From the NCBI GenBank assembly GCA_041560205.1, contig JBFFBV010000008.1, positions 1,467-65,466 on the forward strand: a stretch of 64,000 nucleotides of DNA, in the 5' to 3' direction. The notes under the pieces are model-generated. The model did not search any database and was not told where the DNA came from. It was given only the letters and a program-made list of their open reading frames with translations. Position numbers and translations under genes: made by a program. Of this stretch, positions 54,834 to 63,113 are shown one piece after another (positions within the stretch are counted from its first letter, which is position 1; each line of letters opens with the position of its first letter). This stretch comes from Candidatus Sulfomarinibacter sp. (GTDB lineage Bacteria; Acidobacteriota; Thermoanaerobaculia; Thermoanaerobaculales; Sulfomarinibacteraceae).

Positions 54834-55685
54834 ATGAGCGACTTGCGTTGCCGCTCGTGCCTTGTTGCTGCTCTCCTTGCGGCCTGTGCGGCGGCCTGTG
54901 GAGTCAAAGAGAATGTCCTGGCCCGGGTCGGTGATCAGCAGCTGGTGACCGATCCCTTTCAGATCTACGTCGGCGAGGTCACAGGGGAAGCGTGGCAGGC
55001 GGTGAGCGCCCGGGTTGCTTCGGGGCTGCTCGACCAGTACATCGATCGGCAGGTGGTGCTCGAGTCGGCCCGTCGGAACGAGATCGACATTTCGACCGAC
55101 TTCGCAGCAATTGGACCGGCAGAGGTTCAGTGGCTGTTCGATGAGCTGTGCGGGCCGGCGACCGAACCGTCGGAGGCAGAGATCGCCTCCGAGATCGGGC
55201 GACGAGCCGGGGCGACTCTTCCCGCGAAAGCTCATGTCAGGCAATTGCTCCTCGACAGCCACGAACAGGGCCTCGAAGCCCGCCGGAGACTTCTTGACGG
55301 AGAGGACTTCGTCGAGGTATCCCGTCAGATGAGCCGTGCGCCGAACGCCGCCGATGGGGGCGAGCTCGGCTTCTTCGACCAGGGCAGCCTCACACCGGAG
55401 ATCGACGAGGTGGTATTCTCCCTCGCGCCGGGAGAGTTTTCGGAACCGGTCCAGGGGCCGTCAGGCTACCACGTGTTCCAGGTTCTCGAAGCGGTGCCGG
55501 CAGGTCCCCCCGATCTTGCTGAGTTGGAAGCGACGGTTCGCACCGAGTTCGCGCAGGAAAGGATGCGCGAGCACACTCAGGGGTGCATTCGAAGACTGGC
55601 CTTCGAGATCGGGGTTGAAATCTACGATGATCACCTGTGGTTTCCGTACACGGGACGGTATGCGGAGGGAAAGACAGATGCGTGA
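54834..55685 (+). CDS. Parvulin-type peptidyl-prolyl isomerase lipoprotein (PrsA/SurA-like)
   Basis: MSDLRCRSCLVAALLAACAAAC (lipobox LAAC). Rotamase motif GGELGFFDQGSLTPEIDEVVFSL..GPSGYHVFQV. Confidence 0.85.
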   Translation: MSDLRCRSCLVAALLAACAAACGVKENVLARVGDQQLVTDPFQIYVGEVTGEAWQAVSARVASGLLDQYIDRQVVLESARRNEIDISTDFAAIGPAEVQWLFDELCGPATEPSEAEIASEIGRRAGATLPAKAHVRQLLLDSHEQGLEARRRLLDGEDFVEVSRQMSRAPNAADGGELGFFDQGSLTPEIDEVVFSLAPGEFSEPVQGPSGYHVFQVLEAVPAGPPDLAELEATVRTEFAQERMREHTQGCIRRLAFEIGVEIYDDHLWFPYTGRYAEGKTDA

Positions 55686-56652
55686 GCGATTGACGGTGGT
55701 TTTCGTCGTGGTGCTGATCTCGATCGCGGGAACGATCTTGGCTGCAGAGCGGATCGTGGTTGAAGGAGTGCTGGTGCGGGTCAATGATCGCATCATCACG
55801 ATCTCGGATTTCACCGAGAGGTTGCGGCAAGAGCTCACCCAGATGCCGGCCCAGCCGAACAACGAAGAGCTTCGTCAGTTTACCGACATGCTCCTCGAGG
55901 AAATGGTGAACGAGCTCATTCTGATGGAAAGGGCGACCGAGAAGCGGTTGACGGTCGACGACCAGATGGTCGACCAGGCGCTCGACAACCTCCGCAAGGA
56001 GAACAACCTCGAGGACGACGAGGCCTTCGAACAGGCCTTGGAGAGCTCGGGTATGACTGAGGACGCACTGCGGGAACGATACCGCCGGTCGATCCTGCTC
56101 CAGCGAGCCGTGCAGGGCGAGGTGCGGCCCGTCGAGATTACCGAAGAGGAGCTCCGCCAACAGTACGAGCTCGATAAGGAGAACTTCTCCGTACCAGCCA
56201 AGGTCGAACTCCAACAGGTCTTCCTCAGTGACAGCGAGGCGAGCTCGGCCGAGCTCGAGCGCCGGGCCCGTGGAATCGTCGAGAGAGTCCGTGACGGTGC
56301 GGACCTCAAGGCCGAGGCGACCCTGGCGGGCTCGGAGCTCCAGGACCTCGGCGCCATTCCGGTGGCGGACTGCAGGGCGGATCTCGCGCGCGCCCTCGGT
56401 CCCCTCGATGACGGAGAGGTCGCCGATCCGCTGACGGTGCCCGGTGGGGTCCAAATCGTCCGCTTGGTGCAGCGGATCCCCGCAGGCCATCAGCCCTTCG
56501 AGGAGGTGGTCGATCAGATTCGTCGTGAGCGCTCCGCCGAGACCTATGAGGGGCAGACACGAGGCTTGGTGGAAAAGTTGCGACAGCAGTACATGGTCGA
56601 GGTCCACAGGGAGTACCTCGATATCGTTTTTGCCAATCTGGGTGGCGCCTGA
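55678..56652 (+). CDS. SurA N-terminal-domain chaperone-like protein with degenerate parvulin domain
   Basis: ATG 55678 overlaps the previous gene by 8 nt. Signal anchor LTVVFVVVLISIAGTILAAE. VLVRVNDRIITISDFTERL is typical of SurA_N. Confidence 0.8.
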   Translation: MRERLTVVFVVVLISIAGTILAAERIVVEGVLVRVNDRIITISDFTERLRQELTQMPAQPNNEELRQFTDMLLEEMVNELILMERATEKRLTVDDQMVDQALDNLRKENNLEDDEAFEQALESSGMTEDALRERYRRSILLQRAVQGEVRPVEITEEELRQQYELDKENFSVPAKVELQQVFLSDSEASSAELERRARGIVERVRDGADLKAEATLAGSELQDLGAIPVADCRADLARALGPLDDGEVADPLTVPGGVQIVRLVQRIPAGHQPFEEVVDQIRRERSAETYEGQTRGLVEKLRQQYMVEVHREYLDIVFANLGGA

Positions 56653-56653
56653 G

Positions 56654-57646
56654 ATGGCGGCACGTGCGAGCGCTGGCCAGCGGACGTGGGTCAAGGACCT
56701 CTGCGCCGGGACCGACCTCGACGAGTGTTTCGCCGTGCGCAGCGTCGATGTCCGCCAACGACGGGGGGGTGGTCCCTATCTCGCGGCGACGATCGGCGAC
56801 AAGACGGGCGAGGTGACCGCCCTGGTCTGGCAGAACGTGGATCGGCTGCGTGAGGTCCTCGAGCCCGGCAGCGTGGTTTCGGTCAAAGGACAGGTGCAGA
56901 AATACAACCAGCAGCTCCAGGTCGTCGTTCGCCAGGCCGAGGCCCTCCCCGGTGAATCGGTCGAAGACCAGCTCTTCGTGCGCTCGTCGGCGGTCGACCC
57001 TGCCGTGCTGTGGGAACAGCTCAACGTTTTCATCGAGGAAGTTGGCGATGGCGATCTCCGTCAGCTGCTCTTCCGGATCTTCTCGGATCCGGAGACCGAG
57101 AAGCTCTTCCGCGCGGCCCCGGCGGCCCGCTCCATGCACCACGCCTTTCGCTCCGGTCTCCTGGAGCACACCGTGTCCGTAACAACGATGGCACGTCGAT
57201 TGGCACGTCACTACGAGTTGAGCGAGGATCTCGTGGTTGCCGGGTGCCTCCTTCACGACTTCGGAAAGATCTGGGAGTTGGAGATTGGCGCCTCGATCGA
57301 GTACACCGACGATGGCCGTTTGATCGGCCACATCCCGATGGAGGCTCTCTTCGTCGACAAAAAAATCGGTGAGATGAAAAAGTTCCCCGCCGAAACTCGG
57401 CGGCAGCTCCTGCACATTCTCCTCTCTCACCACGGCGAGTACGACTTCGGTTCTCCCCGGCGGCCGAAGACCCCCGAAGCCTTGTTGGTGCATATGGTCG
57501 ACAACCTCGACTCGAAGATGGCGGGGATGATGGAGGCGATAGCCGCCCAGGGATCCGACGGCGAGGCGTGGACGCCCTATTCACGAATCCTCGAACGCCA
57601 CATCTACCGACGCCGAATGCCGTCGAATGACGAGGGCTCGGAATAG
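56654..57646 (+). CDS. OB-fold plus HD-domain phosphohydrolase (YhaM-like 3'-5' exoribonuclease family)
   Basis: ATG 56654 is 1 nt after the previous stop. OB fold (ATIGDKTGEVTALVWQN..VSVKGQVQKYNQQLQVVV). HD motifs HHAFRSGLLEHT, LLHDFGK, LSHHGEYDFGSP. Confidence 0.85.
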   Translation: MAARASAGQRTWVKDLCAGTDLDECFAVRSVDVRQRRGGGPYLAATIGDKTGEVTALVWQNVDRLREVLEPGSVVSVKGQVQKYNQQLQVVVRQAEALPGESVEDQLFVRSSAVDPAVLWEQLNVFIEEVGDGDLRQLLFRIFSDPETEKLFRAAPAARSMHHAFRSGLLEHTVSVTTMARRLARHYELSEDLVVAGCLLHDFGKIWELEIGASIEYTDDGRLIGHIPMEALFVDKKIGEMKKFPAETRRQLLHILLSHHGEYDFGSPRRPKTPEALLVHMVDNLDSKMAGMMEAIAAQGSDGEAWTPYSRILERHIYRRRMPSNDEGSE

Positions 57647-57741
57647 ATTAGATGGGCACCCGCTCGTCAGGAGCGCGTGGCCGCTTCGACGACACCGGTG
57701 CGACCCCGCCCATTCCGAGCGCTTCGCTGCATCGATGTCAC

Positions 57742-57823
57742 AGGTGCCACTCTTCGCATTGCTTGAATCATTCGCGCCTCAGTAGCTCAGCGCCTTGAGG
57801 GCAAACAATGCGAAGAGTGGCAC
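57742..57823. repeat. 19-bp perfect inverted repeat (GGTGCCACTCTTCGCATTG / CAATGCGAAGAGTGGCACC) around a 44-nt loop with a nested hairpin
   Basis: Arms at 57742..57760 and 57805..57823. Located between convergent gene ends at 57646 (+) and 57904 (-). Confidence 0.8.
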
Positions 57824-57903
57824 CATGCGCGCCGCACGCCGAAGCAACAGGCGAAAAGAAGCGTCGTTGAAGGTGGCACCCGGCACACCGAATCGAGAAG
57901 CGC

Positions 57904-58125
57904 CTACCGGGTTCGGATGATCGACGCAACTTCCCCATCGTCCGGGAATCGGCCGAGGGACCTCTTCGAGAAAACCAGTTCACCGTCGACGACGACCTCG
58001 AAGTCCCCGTTCGCACCCTTGATCAGACGCGTCGACGCGTCGAAATCCCGATTCAGTTCGGCCGCCAGCCCGGCGGCCCGAGGCTCGTAATTTCAAACGA
58101 CGCAGTATTCGATCGAAATGTCCAT
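57904..58125 (-). CDS. SelW-like (Rdx family) selenoprotein, 73 aa, Sec encoded by in-frame TGA at 58093-58095
   Basis: Minus strand: GGAGGActgATG(58125). Translation is MDISIEYCVV-U-NYEPRAAGLAAELNRDFDASTRLIKGANGDFEVVVDGELVFSKRSLGRFPDDGEVASIIRTR, ending at TAG (57904-57906). It has a CxxU redox motif and the family signature FEVxVDGELVxSKxxxGRFP. Confidence 0.8.
58060..58078 (-). other. Bacterial SECIS-like hairpin
   Basis: mRNA GGCCGCC-GGGCU-GGCGGCC (7-bp stem, GG in the apical loop) begins 15 nt 3' of the UGA. Confidence 0.55.
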
Positions 58126-58388
58126 CAGTCCTCCACGCTTCACAACGAAATCATACCTCGACCTCCTTCCGGCGTTGATTCGATCCCGGTCCCGAATGGT
58201 GTCGGCGCCTCCAATCGGTGGACAATGACTGCCTCGGGACCATGATTCTTAACTCTTTACTTTTAGGTTATTTGCCACCAGAATGGAGACATGAAACACG
58301 GCCAAGACCGGTGCCTGCATCGTTACGGTGCTAGCATCGTGCCCACCGGGACCAACGATGGTCCTGCGGCCTCCGTAAACGGATACGG

Positions 58389-58415
58389 GGAACGATGGTG
58401 AGGGAGATCCCGTGT
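58389..58415 (+). promoter_or_regulatory. Candidate ECF-type promoter GGAAC-N17-CGTGT
   Basis: GGAAC at 58389..58393 and CGT at 58411..58413, ~40 nt upstream of ATG 58455. This is consistent with autoregulated ECF sigma operons and argues against the longer track start at 58395. Confidence 0.3.
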
Positions 58416-58454
58416 GTTCAGCCTGCTGGACTCGGCAGCCGTAATGGGGTGGTC

Positions 58455-59030
58455 ATGAACGACCCCCAGTGGATCCAGTCTGCCAAGGCCGGCGATGAGA
58501 GTGCCTTTGCGGAGTTGGTACGACGCCATTCCGCGGGCCTCCACCGGGCGGTGGCACGGATCCTCGCCGACGATACGGAAGCCTGGGACGTGGTGCAGAT
58601 GGCATTTCTCAAGGCCTGGCAGAAGCTCGAACGCTACGATCCTCGCTACAGCTTCACGACGTGGCTGTATCGCATCGGCACCAATCTGGCCATCGATCTC
58701 CTGCGTTCCCGGAGCAGCCGAGAGCGGGCTCACAAGGCTGGCACCGAGCACCGGCTGCGGCTCGTCGGGAACGGCGAGGGCGCCGGTTCGAGGGCGGAAG
58801 GCCGTGAAGCCGACGAAATCCTGTGTCAGCTGGTCGGTGTTCTCACACCGCAGCAGCGAAGCGCCTTCGTTCTGCGCGAGATGGAAGGTCTCGAAACGGC
58901 CGAGGTCGCGGACGTCCTCGGGTGCTCTGCGACCACCGTCCGCAACCACATTTTCCAGGCGCGAAAAGCGCTCCGCAGGGAGCTCAAAGAGCGTTTCCCA
59001 GAGTACCTGCCGGCATCCGAGAGGGGATGA
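58455..59030 (+). CDS. ECF-subfamily RNA polymerase sigma-70 factor
   Basis: Region 2: AFAELVRRHSAGLHRAVARIL..AWDVVQMAFLKAW..FTTWLYRIGTNLAIDLLR. Region 4: LTPQQRSAFVLREMEGLETAEVADVLGCSATTVRNHIFQARKALR. Confidence 0.9.
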   Translation: MNDPQWIQSAKAGDESAFAELVRRHSAGLHRAVARILADDTEAWDVVQMAFLKAWQKLERYDPRYSFTTWLYRIGTNLAIDLLRSRSSRERAHKAGTEHRLRLVGNGEGAGSRAEGREADEILCQLVGVLTPQQRSAFVLREMEGLETAEVADVLGCSATTVRNHIFQARKALRRELKERFPEYLPASERG

Positions 59031-59031
59031 T

Positions 59032-59544
59032 ATGAACTGCGAGATCTTTCGTGAGATGATCGGGTCCTACGTGGACGAAACACTCGAGGAGGACCGTCGA
59101 CGGTGGTTTCGGGACCACCTCCGAGAGTGCGGAGCCTGCCGGGATGTCGCGGTGCAGGAGGAGCCGAGCCTTTTCTTCGCGGTCGCTCCGTCGCCCGTCT
59201 CCGATCTGGCGGCGATCGAGGACTGTGTGGCGGCAGTCACCTCACGGATCCGTCAGGACCGTTTCGAGCGTCGTCTGCGTCGAAACCGCCGGCCGTGGAT
59301 GGCCGCAGCGGCAGCTGCGGCCATGGTGATCGGAAGCGGTCTCACGTGGCGCGCTTTCACCGGTGACGATGGGGTGAAACCGGGGCCGACCATCGAGGCG
59401 TCTCGTGGCGCCGTGAGCCAAGCGACCCCTCCGACCGTGGAAGTAGAGATGCCGGGCGAAGACGTTCGCGTCTATCAATTCGCCACGGACGGAGACGATG
59501 ACACAGCCGTATATTTCATCGTCGATCCCGCGCTGGAGCTCTGA
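59032..59544 (+). CDS. Anti-sigma factor (zf-HC2), single-pass membrane
   Basis: ATG is 1 nt after the sigma stop. HLRECGAC (H-x3-C-x2-C). TM WMAAAAAAAMVIGSGLTW. ~70-aa periplasmic tail. Confidence 0.8.
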   Translation: MNCEIFREMIGSYVDETLEEDRRRWFRDHLRECGACRDVAVQEEPSLFFAVAPSPVSDLAAIEDCVAAVTSRIRQDRFERRLRRNRRPWMAAAAAAAMVIGSGLTWRAFTGDDGVKPGPTIEASRGAVSQATPPTVEVEMPGEDVRVYQFATDGDDDTAVYFIVDPALEL

Positions 59545-59545
59545 C

Positions 59546-60259
59546 ATGATCCAAAGACTCAGTGTGCTCGTCGTCACGCTCGCTTTGACAACTCCGGTTG
59601 CCGCGGCGAGCGATGAGACGGTTTCACGGGTATTCAGACTCAAACACGTGTCGGTTTCAGAGGCCTCGGCAGCAGTGCAGCCCATGCTTTCCGAGTACGG
59701 CAGCCTGACCCTGCAGCCCAAGCTATCCAAGATCGTGGTCCAGGATGAGCCCGAGGTCATCGACCGGGTGACGGCGATGATCGAAGAGCTCGACCATGTT
59801 CCGGGGACGTTCAGCGTCCGTTTCGACCTGCTCAAAGGAGGTGCGCCAACACCTTATGGATCGGTTCAAGAGGTCGAGCTCGAAAAACGGGTGCGGGATA
59901 TGTTCGACGTCGAGGCCTTTCAACGCCTCGGACAGTCCACGGTGGAGGGCGAAGTTGGAAGCCCGACACATGCGGAGCTTGGAGCTTCATTCCGGGTGTC
60001 GTTCCTGGCCCGCCTGCCGGAATACTCAGAGTCGACGCCCTGGGGGGCGCGTGATCCCGGAGATAGGCTCTATCTTCGCCAGTTGGTGCTGGAACGCAAG
60101 GAGGTCGCGTCGGACGGCACGCTGGTCACCCAGGAGCTCCTTCGGACCAACGTCCTCCTGTCACCCAAGCAGACCGTCTATATCGGTGCCGGTAACTCGG
60201 AGAAAACCAAAGATGTGCTCGTTCTGATCGTACACGCCCAGGATTTCGGGAGCGACTGA
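59546..60259 (+). CDS. Secreted mini-secretin-like protein (NolW/Secretin_N-like domain plus short beta region), 237 aa
   Basis: ATG is 1 nt after the anti-sigma stop. Signal peptide MIQRLSVLVVTLALTTPVAAAS. FRLKHVSVSEASAAVQPMLSEYGSLTLQPKLSKIVVQDEPEVIDRVTAMIEELD resembles secretin N-domains. The C-terminal QTVYIGAGN...DVLVLIVHAQ resembles the secretin tail. Confidence 0.65.
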   Translation: MIQRLSVLVVTLALTTPVAAASDETVSRVFRLKHVSVSEASAAVQPMLSEYGSLTLQPKLSKIVVQDEPEVIDRVTAMIEELDHVPGTFSVRFDLLKGGAPTPYGSVQEVELEKRVRDMFDVEAFQRLGQSTVEGEVGSPTHAELGASFRVSFLARLPEYSESTPWGARDPGDRLYLRQLVLERKEVASDGTLVTQELLRTNVLLSPKQTVYIGAGNSEKTKDVLVLIVHAQDFGSD

Positions 60260-61468
60260 GTGCCGGAGTTCGTCTGCCGGTTGGGCGCGCCCGACGGTTC
60301 CGTCGTGGAGCAGCGCCGGGTGGCGGCCTCGATCGACGCCCTGCGTCGGGAGCTCGAGGGTGAGGGATTCCATGTCTTCAGCCTTTCGAGTGCGCGGTCC
60401 AGGTTTCGCATCCCGATCTTCTCGCGCTCGGAGAAGGTCATCGGACAGGACTTCCTGCTCTTCAACACCCAGCTCAAGACCCTCCTGCACGCCGGCATGC
60501 CGCTCGCCCAGAGTCTCGAGCTTCTCAGAGACCAGCAGACCGGCCCTCATTTCAGGGCGCTGCTGGAAAAGGTCCACCAGCAGGTGACCACCGGGGTCGC
60601 GTTGTCGGACGCTTTCTTGGCCCTGGGTGACACCTTTCCGCGGCTCTACTCCAACTCCCTCCGAGCCGGGGAGCGCACCGGTGAGCTCGAACAGGTGATC
60701 GGCCGTTTCGTCGAGTATCAGCGTTTGGTGGAGGCGGTGCGTAGGAAGATCATCGGCGCCCTGACATACCCTGCGGTGCTGATCGCCCTTGCGTCAATTC
60801 TCGTCGTCATTCTCATGACCTATGTCATTCCCAGCTTTTCCCAGTTCTACATCCAGTTCGAAACCGAGATGCCCCTGCCCACCAGAGTGGTGATCGGATC
60901 GGCCGAGTTCCTCAGCAACAACCTGATCGCGATCGTGGCTGCTCTGATCGTCGCGTGGTATGCATTCCGGGTGTGGCGCACCTCACCGTCCGGACGGCTC
61001 ATCACCGACCGATGGAAGTTGAGTCTCCCGCTGGTCGGACGGTTGACCCATCTCTTCGCCCTTTCTCAGTTCAGCCGCTCCTTGGCGATTCTTCTGGGCG
61101 GCGGAACGCCCATGGTGCCGGCCCTCGACACCTCGTCGACCTCAATCGGCAACGCGTACATCTCGGAACTCTTCCTCGGATGCGTGCAGGAGGTGCAGGA
61201 AGGGCGACCGTTGTCGGACGCCCTGGTCGACACCGGATACCTGCCGGATATGGCCTTGGCGATGATACGGGTCGGCGAGTCGACGGGTGCGCTGCCGGAG
61301 ATGCTGGGCCACACCTCCGACTTTTTTGACGAGTCGATCGAGTTCACGCTCAGCCGCATCGTGACGCTGATCGAGCCCATGATTCTGGTCGTCATGGGTC
61401 TCATCGTTGCTGGACTGTTACTGGCGGTTTACTATCCTTTGCTCACCATCGTGACCAAGATTGCGTGA
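60260..61468 (+). CDS. Type II secretion/type IV pilus platform protein (GspF/PilC family)
   Basis: GTG directly after the previous stop. Two T2SSF repeats (FNTQLKTLLHAGMPLAQSL ; FSRSLAILLGGGTPMVPAL) and three TM segments. Confidence 0.9.
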   Translation: MPEFVCRLGAPDGSVVEQRRVAASIDALRRELEGEGFHVFSLSSARSRFRIPIFSRSEKVIGQDFLLFNTQLKTLLHAGMPLAQSLELLRDQQTGPHFRALLEKVHQQVTTGVALSDAFLALGDTFPRLYSNSLRAGERTGELEQVIGRFVEYQRLVEAVRRKIIGALTYPAVLIALASILVVILMTYVIPSFSQFYIQFETEMPLPTRVVIGSAEFLSNNLIAIVAALIVAWYAFRVWRTSPSGRLITDRWKLSLPLVGRLTHLFALSQFSRSLAILLGGGTPMVPALDTSSTSIGNAYISELFLGCVQEVQEGRPLSDALVDTGYLPDMALAMIRVGESTGALPEMLGHTSDFFDESIEFTLSRIVTLIEPMILVVMGLIVAGLLLAVYYPLLTIVTKIA

Positions 61469-61475
61469 GGAAGCC

Positions 61476-63113
61476 ATGGCTACAGATCCGAACCTCGAAA
61501 AACATCTCGTCATGCTCGACCAGGAGGCGGAAGAGCATGAGGAGGAAAAACAGGCTCGTGCGCTGGCTGAACGACTCGACCTTCCCTTCGACCCCCTGCA
61601 CGAGTTTCACGTGGATCCAGAGCTCTTCCGGACCATCCCGGTGGAGGTGATGCTGCGGTATCAGTTTCTCCCGTTGCGGGCCGACGGGGAAACGCTGTAC
61701 GTCGTCATGGCCGACCCCTCGGATGTGATCAGCCTCAACGAGGTCGAGCTGACGCTAGCGAGGCCTCTCGAGGTCACGGTGGCGCCGGCGAACAGGATCG
61801 CCGACATTCTCGAGAAGTCGGAGTCTACCCAAAGAGTGCTGGACGAGGCGACCGAAGGCTTCAGCCTGCAGCTCGTTCAAGAAGCCGAGGACGGCGAGGA
61901 AGTTCTCTCCATCGACCGCATTACCGCCGACTCCTCTCCCATCATCCGGCTGGTCGATTCGATCCTCTTCAACGCCATCCAGCGCCGCGCTTCCGATATC
62001 CACATCGAGACCCAGGACCGGGAGGTGGTGGTCAAGTACCGCATCGACGGGGTGCTGTATCAGGCGATGAAGTCGATCGACAAGCGCCACCACTCCACGA
62101 TTGTCAGCCGCATCAAGGTGATGTCCGAGCTCGACATCGCCGAGAAGAGGATTCCTCAAGACGGTCGTTTCAAGGTGCGGTTCTCGGGTCGCACCATCGA
62201 TTTCAGGGTCTCCATCATGCCGACCGTCCACGGAGAGGATGCGGTGATCCGGATCCTCGACAAGGAATCCACCAACGCCGAGTTCAAGACCCTCAACCTC
62301 GATGTCCTCGGTTTCGAAGAGGACACGAAGCGACAGCTGCGAAAATTCATCAACGAGCCATACGGCATGGTGCTGGTGACCGGGCCAACCGGGTCGGGGA
62401 AAACGACCTCGCTCTACGCCTGCCTGTCGGAGATCAGGTCCTCCGAGGACAAGATCGTGACCATCGAGGACCCGGTCGAGTACCAGCTCAAGGGCATCAC
62501 CCAGATCCCTGTCAACGAGAAGAAGGGGCTGACCTTTGCCAGGGGGCTCCGGTCCATTCTGCGGCACGACCCCGACAAGGTGATGGTCGGCGAGATCCGT
62601 GACGAGGAAACTGCGCAGATCGCTGTTCAGTCGGCCCTGACAGGTCACCTGGTGTTTACGACGGTGCACGCCAACAACGTGGTTGACGTCATCGGCCGCT
62701 TCCTGAACATGAATGTCGACCTCTACAACTTCGTGGCGGCCCTCAACTGTGTGCTCGCCCAGCGCCTCGTTCGTCGCATCTGCCTGCACTGCAAGCGCCC
62801 GGCGCAGATCTCCGACATCATGCTTGAGGACTCCGGCCTCGATCCGGACCGCTATCGTGATGTCACCTTCTTCGAGGGCGGGGGTTGTATCGAATGCAAC
62901 GGAACCGGGTATCGCGGACGGCTGGCGATTGCCGAGCTTCTCAACCTCTCGGACAACATCCGTCAGCTGATCATCGACCGGCGGGCGGCGGCAGAGATCA
63001 AGCGGGCGGCCAAGGCGGAGGGGATGCGTTTCCTTCGCGAGTCGGCGCTGCAAAAGGTCTTTGCCGGTGAAACCTCCCTCCACGACATCAACAAGGTGAC
63101 CTTCGTCGAATGA
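61476..63113 (+). CDS. Type II secretion/type IV pilus assembly ATPase (GspE/PilB family)
   Basis: GAGGAAG RBS. N-terminal T2SSE_N/MshEN-like domain. Walker A VTGPTGSGKTTS. Asp and His boxes (IVTIEDPVEY, RHDPDKVMVGEIRD, LTGHLVFTTVHAN). Tetracysteine CLHCK..CIECNGTGYRGR. Confidence 0.95.
   Translation: MATDPNLEKHLVMLDQEAEEHEEEKQARALAERLDLPFDPLHEFHVDPELFRTIPVEVMLRYQFLPLRADGETLYVVMADPSDVISLNEVELTLARPLEVTVAPANRIADILEKSESTQRVLDEATEGFSLQLVQEAEDGEEVLSIDRITADSSPIIRLVDSILFNAIQRRASDIHIETQDREVVVKYRIDGVLYQAMKSIDKRHHSTIVSRIKVMSELDIAEKRIPQDGRFKVRFSGRTIDFRVSIMPTVHGEDAVIRILDKESTNAEFKTLNLDVLGFEEDTKRQLRKFINEPYGMVLVTGPTGSGKTTSLYACLSEIRSSEDKIVTIEDPVEYQLKGITQIPVNEKKGLTFARGLRSILRHDPDKVMVGEIRDEETAQIAVQSALTGHLVFTTVHANNVVDVIGRFLNMNVDLYNFVAALNCVLAQRLVRRICLHCKRPAQISDIMLEDSGLDPDRYRDVTFFEGGGCIECNGTGYRGRLAIAELLNLSDNIRQLIIDRRAAAEIKRAAKAEGMRFLRESALQKVFAGETSLHDINKVTFVE

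Noticed and set aside
57775-57800. tRNA-like sequence GTAGCTCAGCGCC
   Set aside because: No acceptor stem, anticodon arm or GGTTCGAATCC-type T-arm can be built around it. The similar GGTTCGAGGATT at about 45959 also lacks pairing arms.
57768-58016. Track ORF of 82 aa on the minus strand
   Set aside because: It is in a different frame from the RBS-preceded SelW-like gene, has no RBS and no recognisable motif, and runs across the 19-bp inverted repeat. It is a GC-rich chance ORF.
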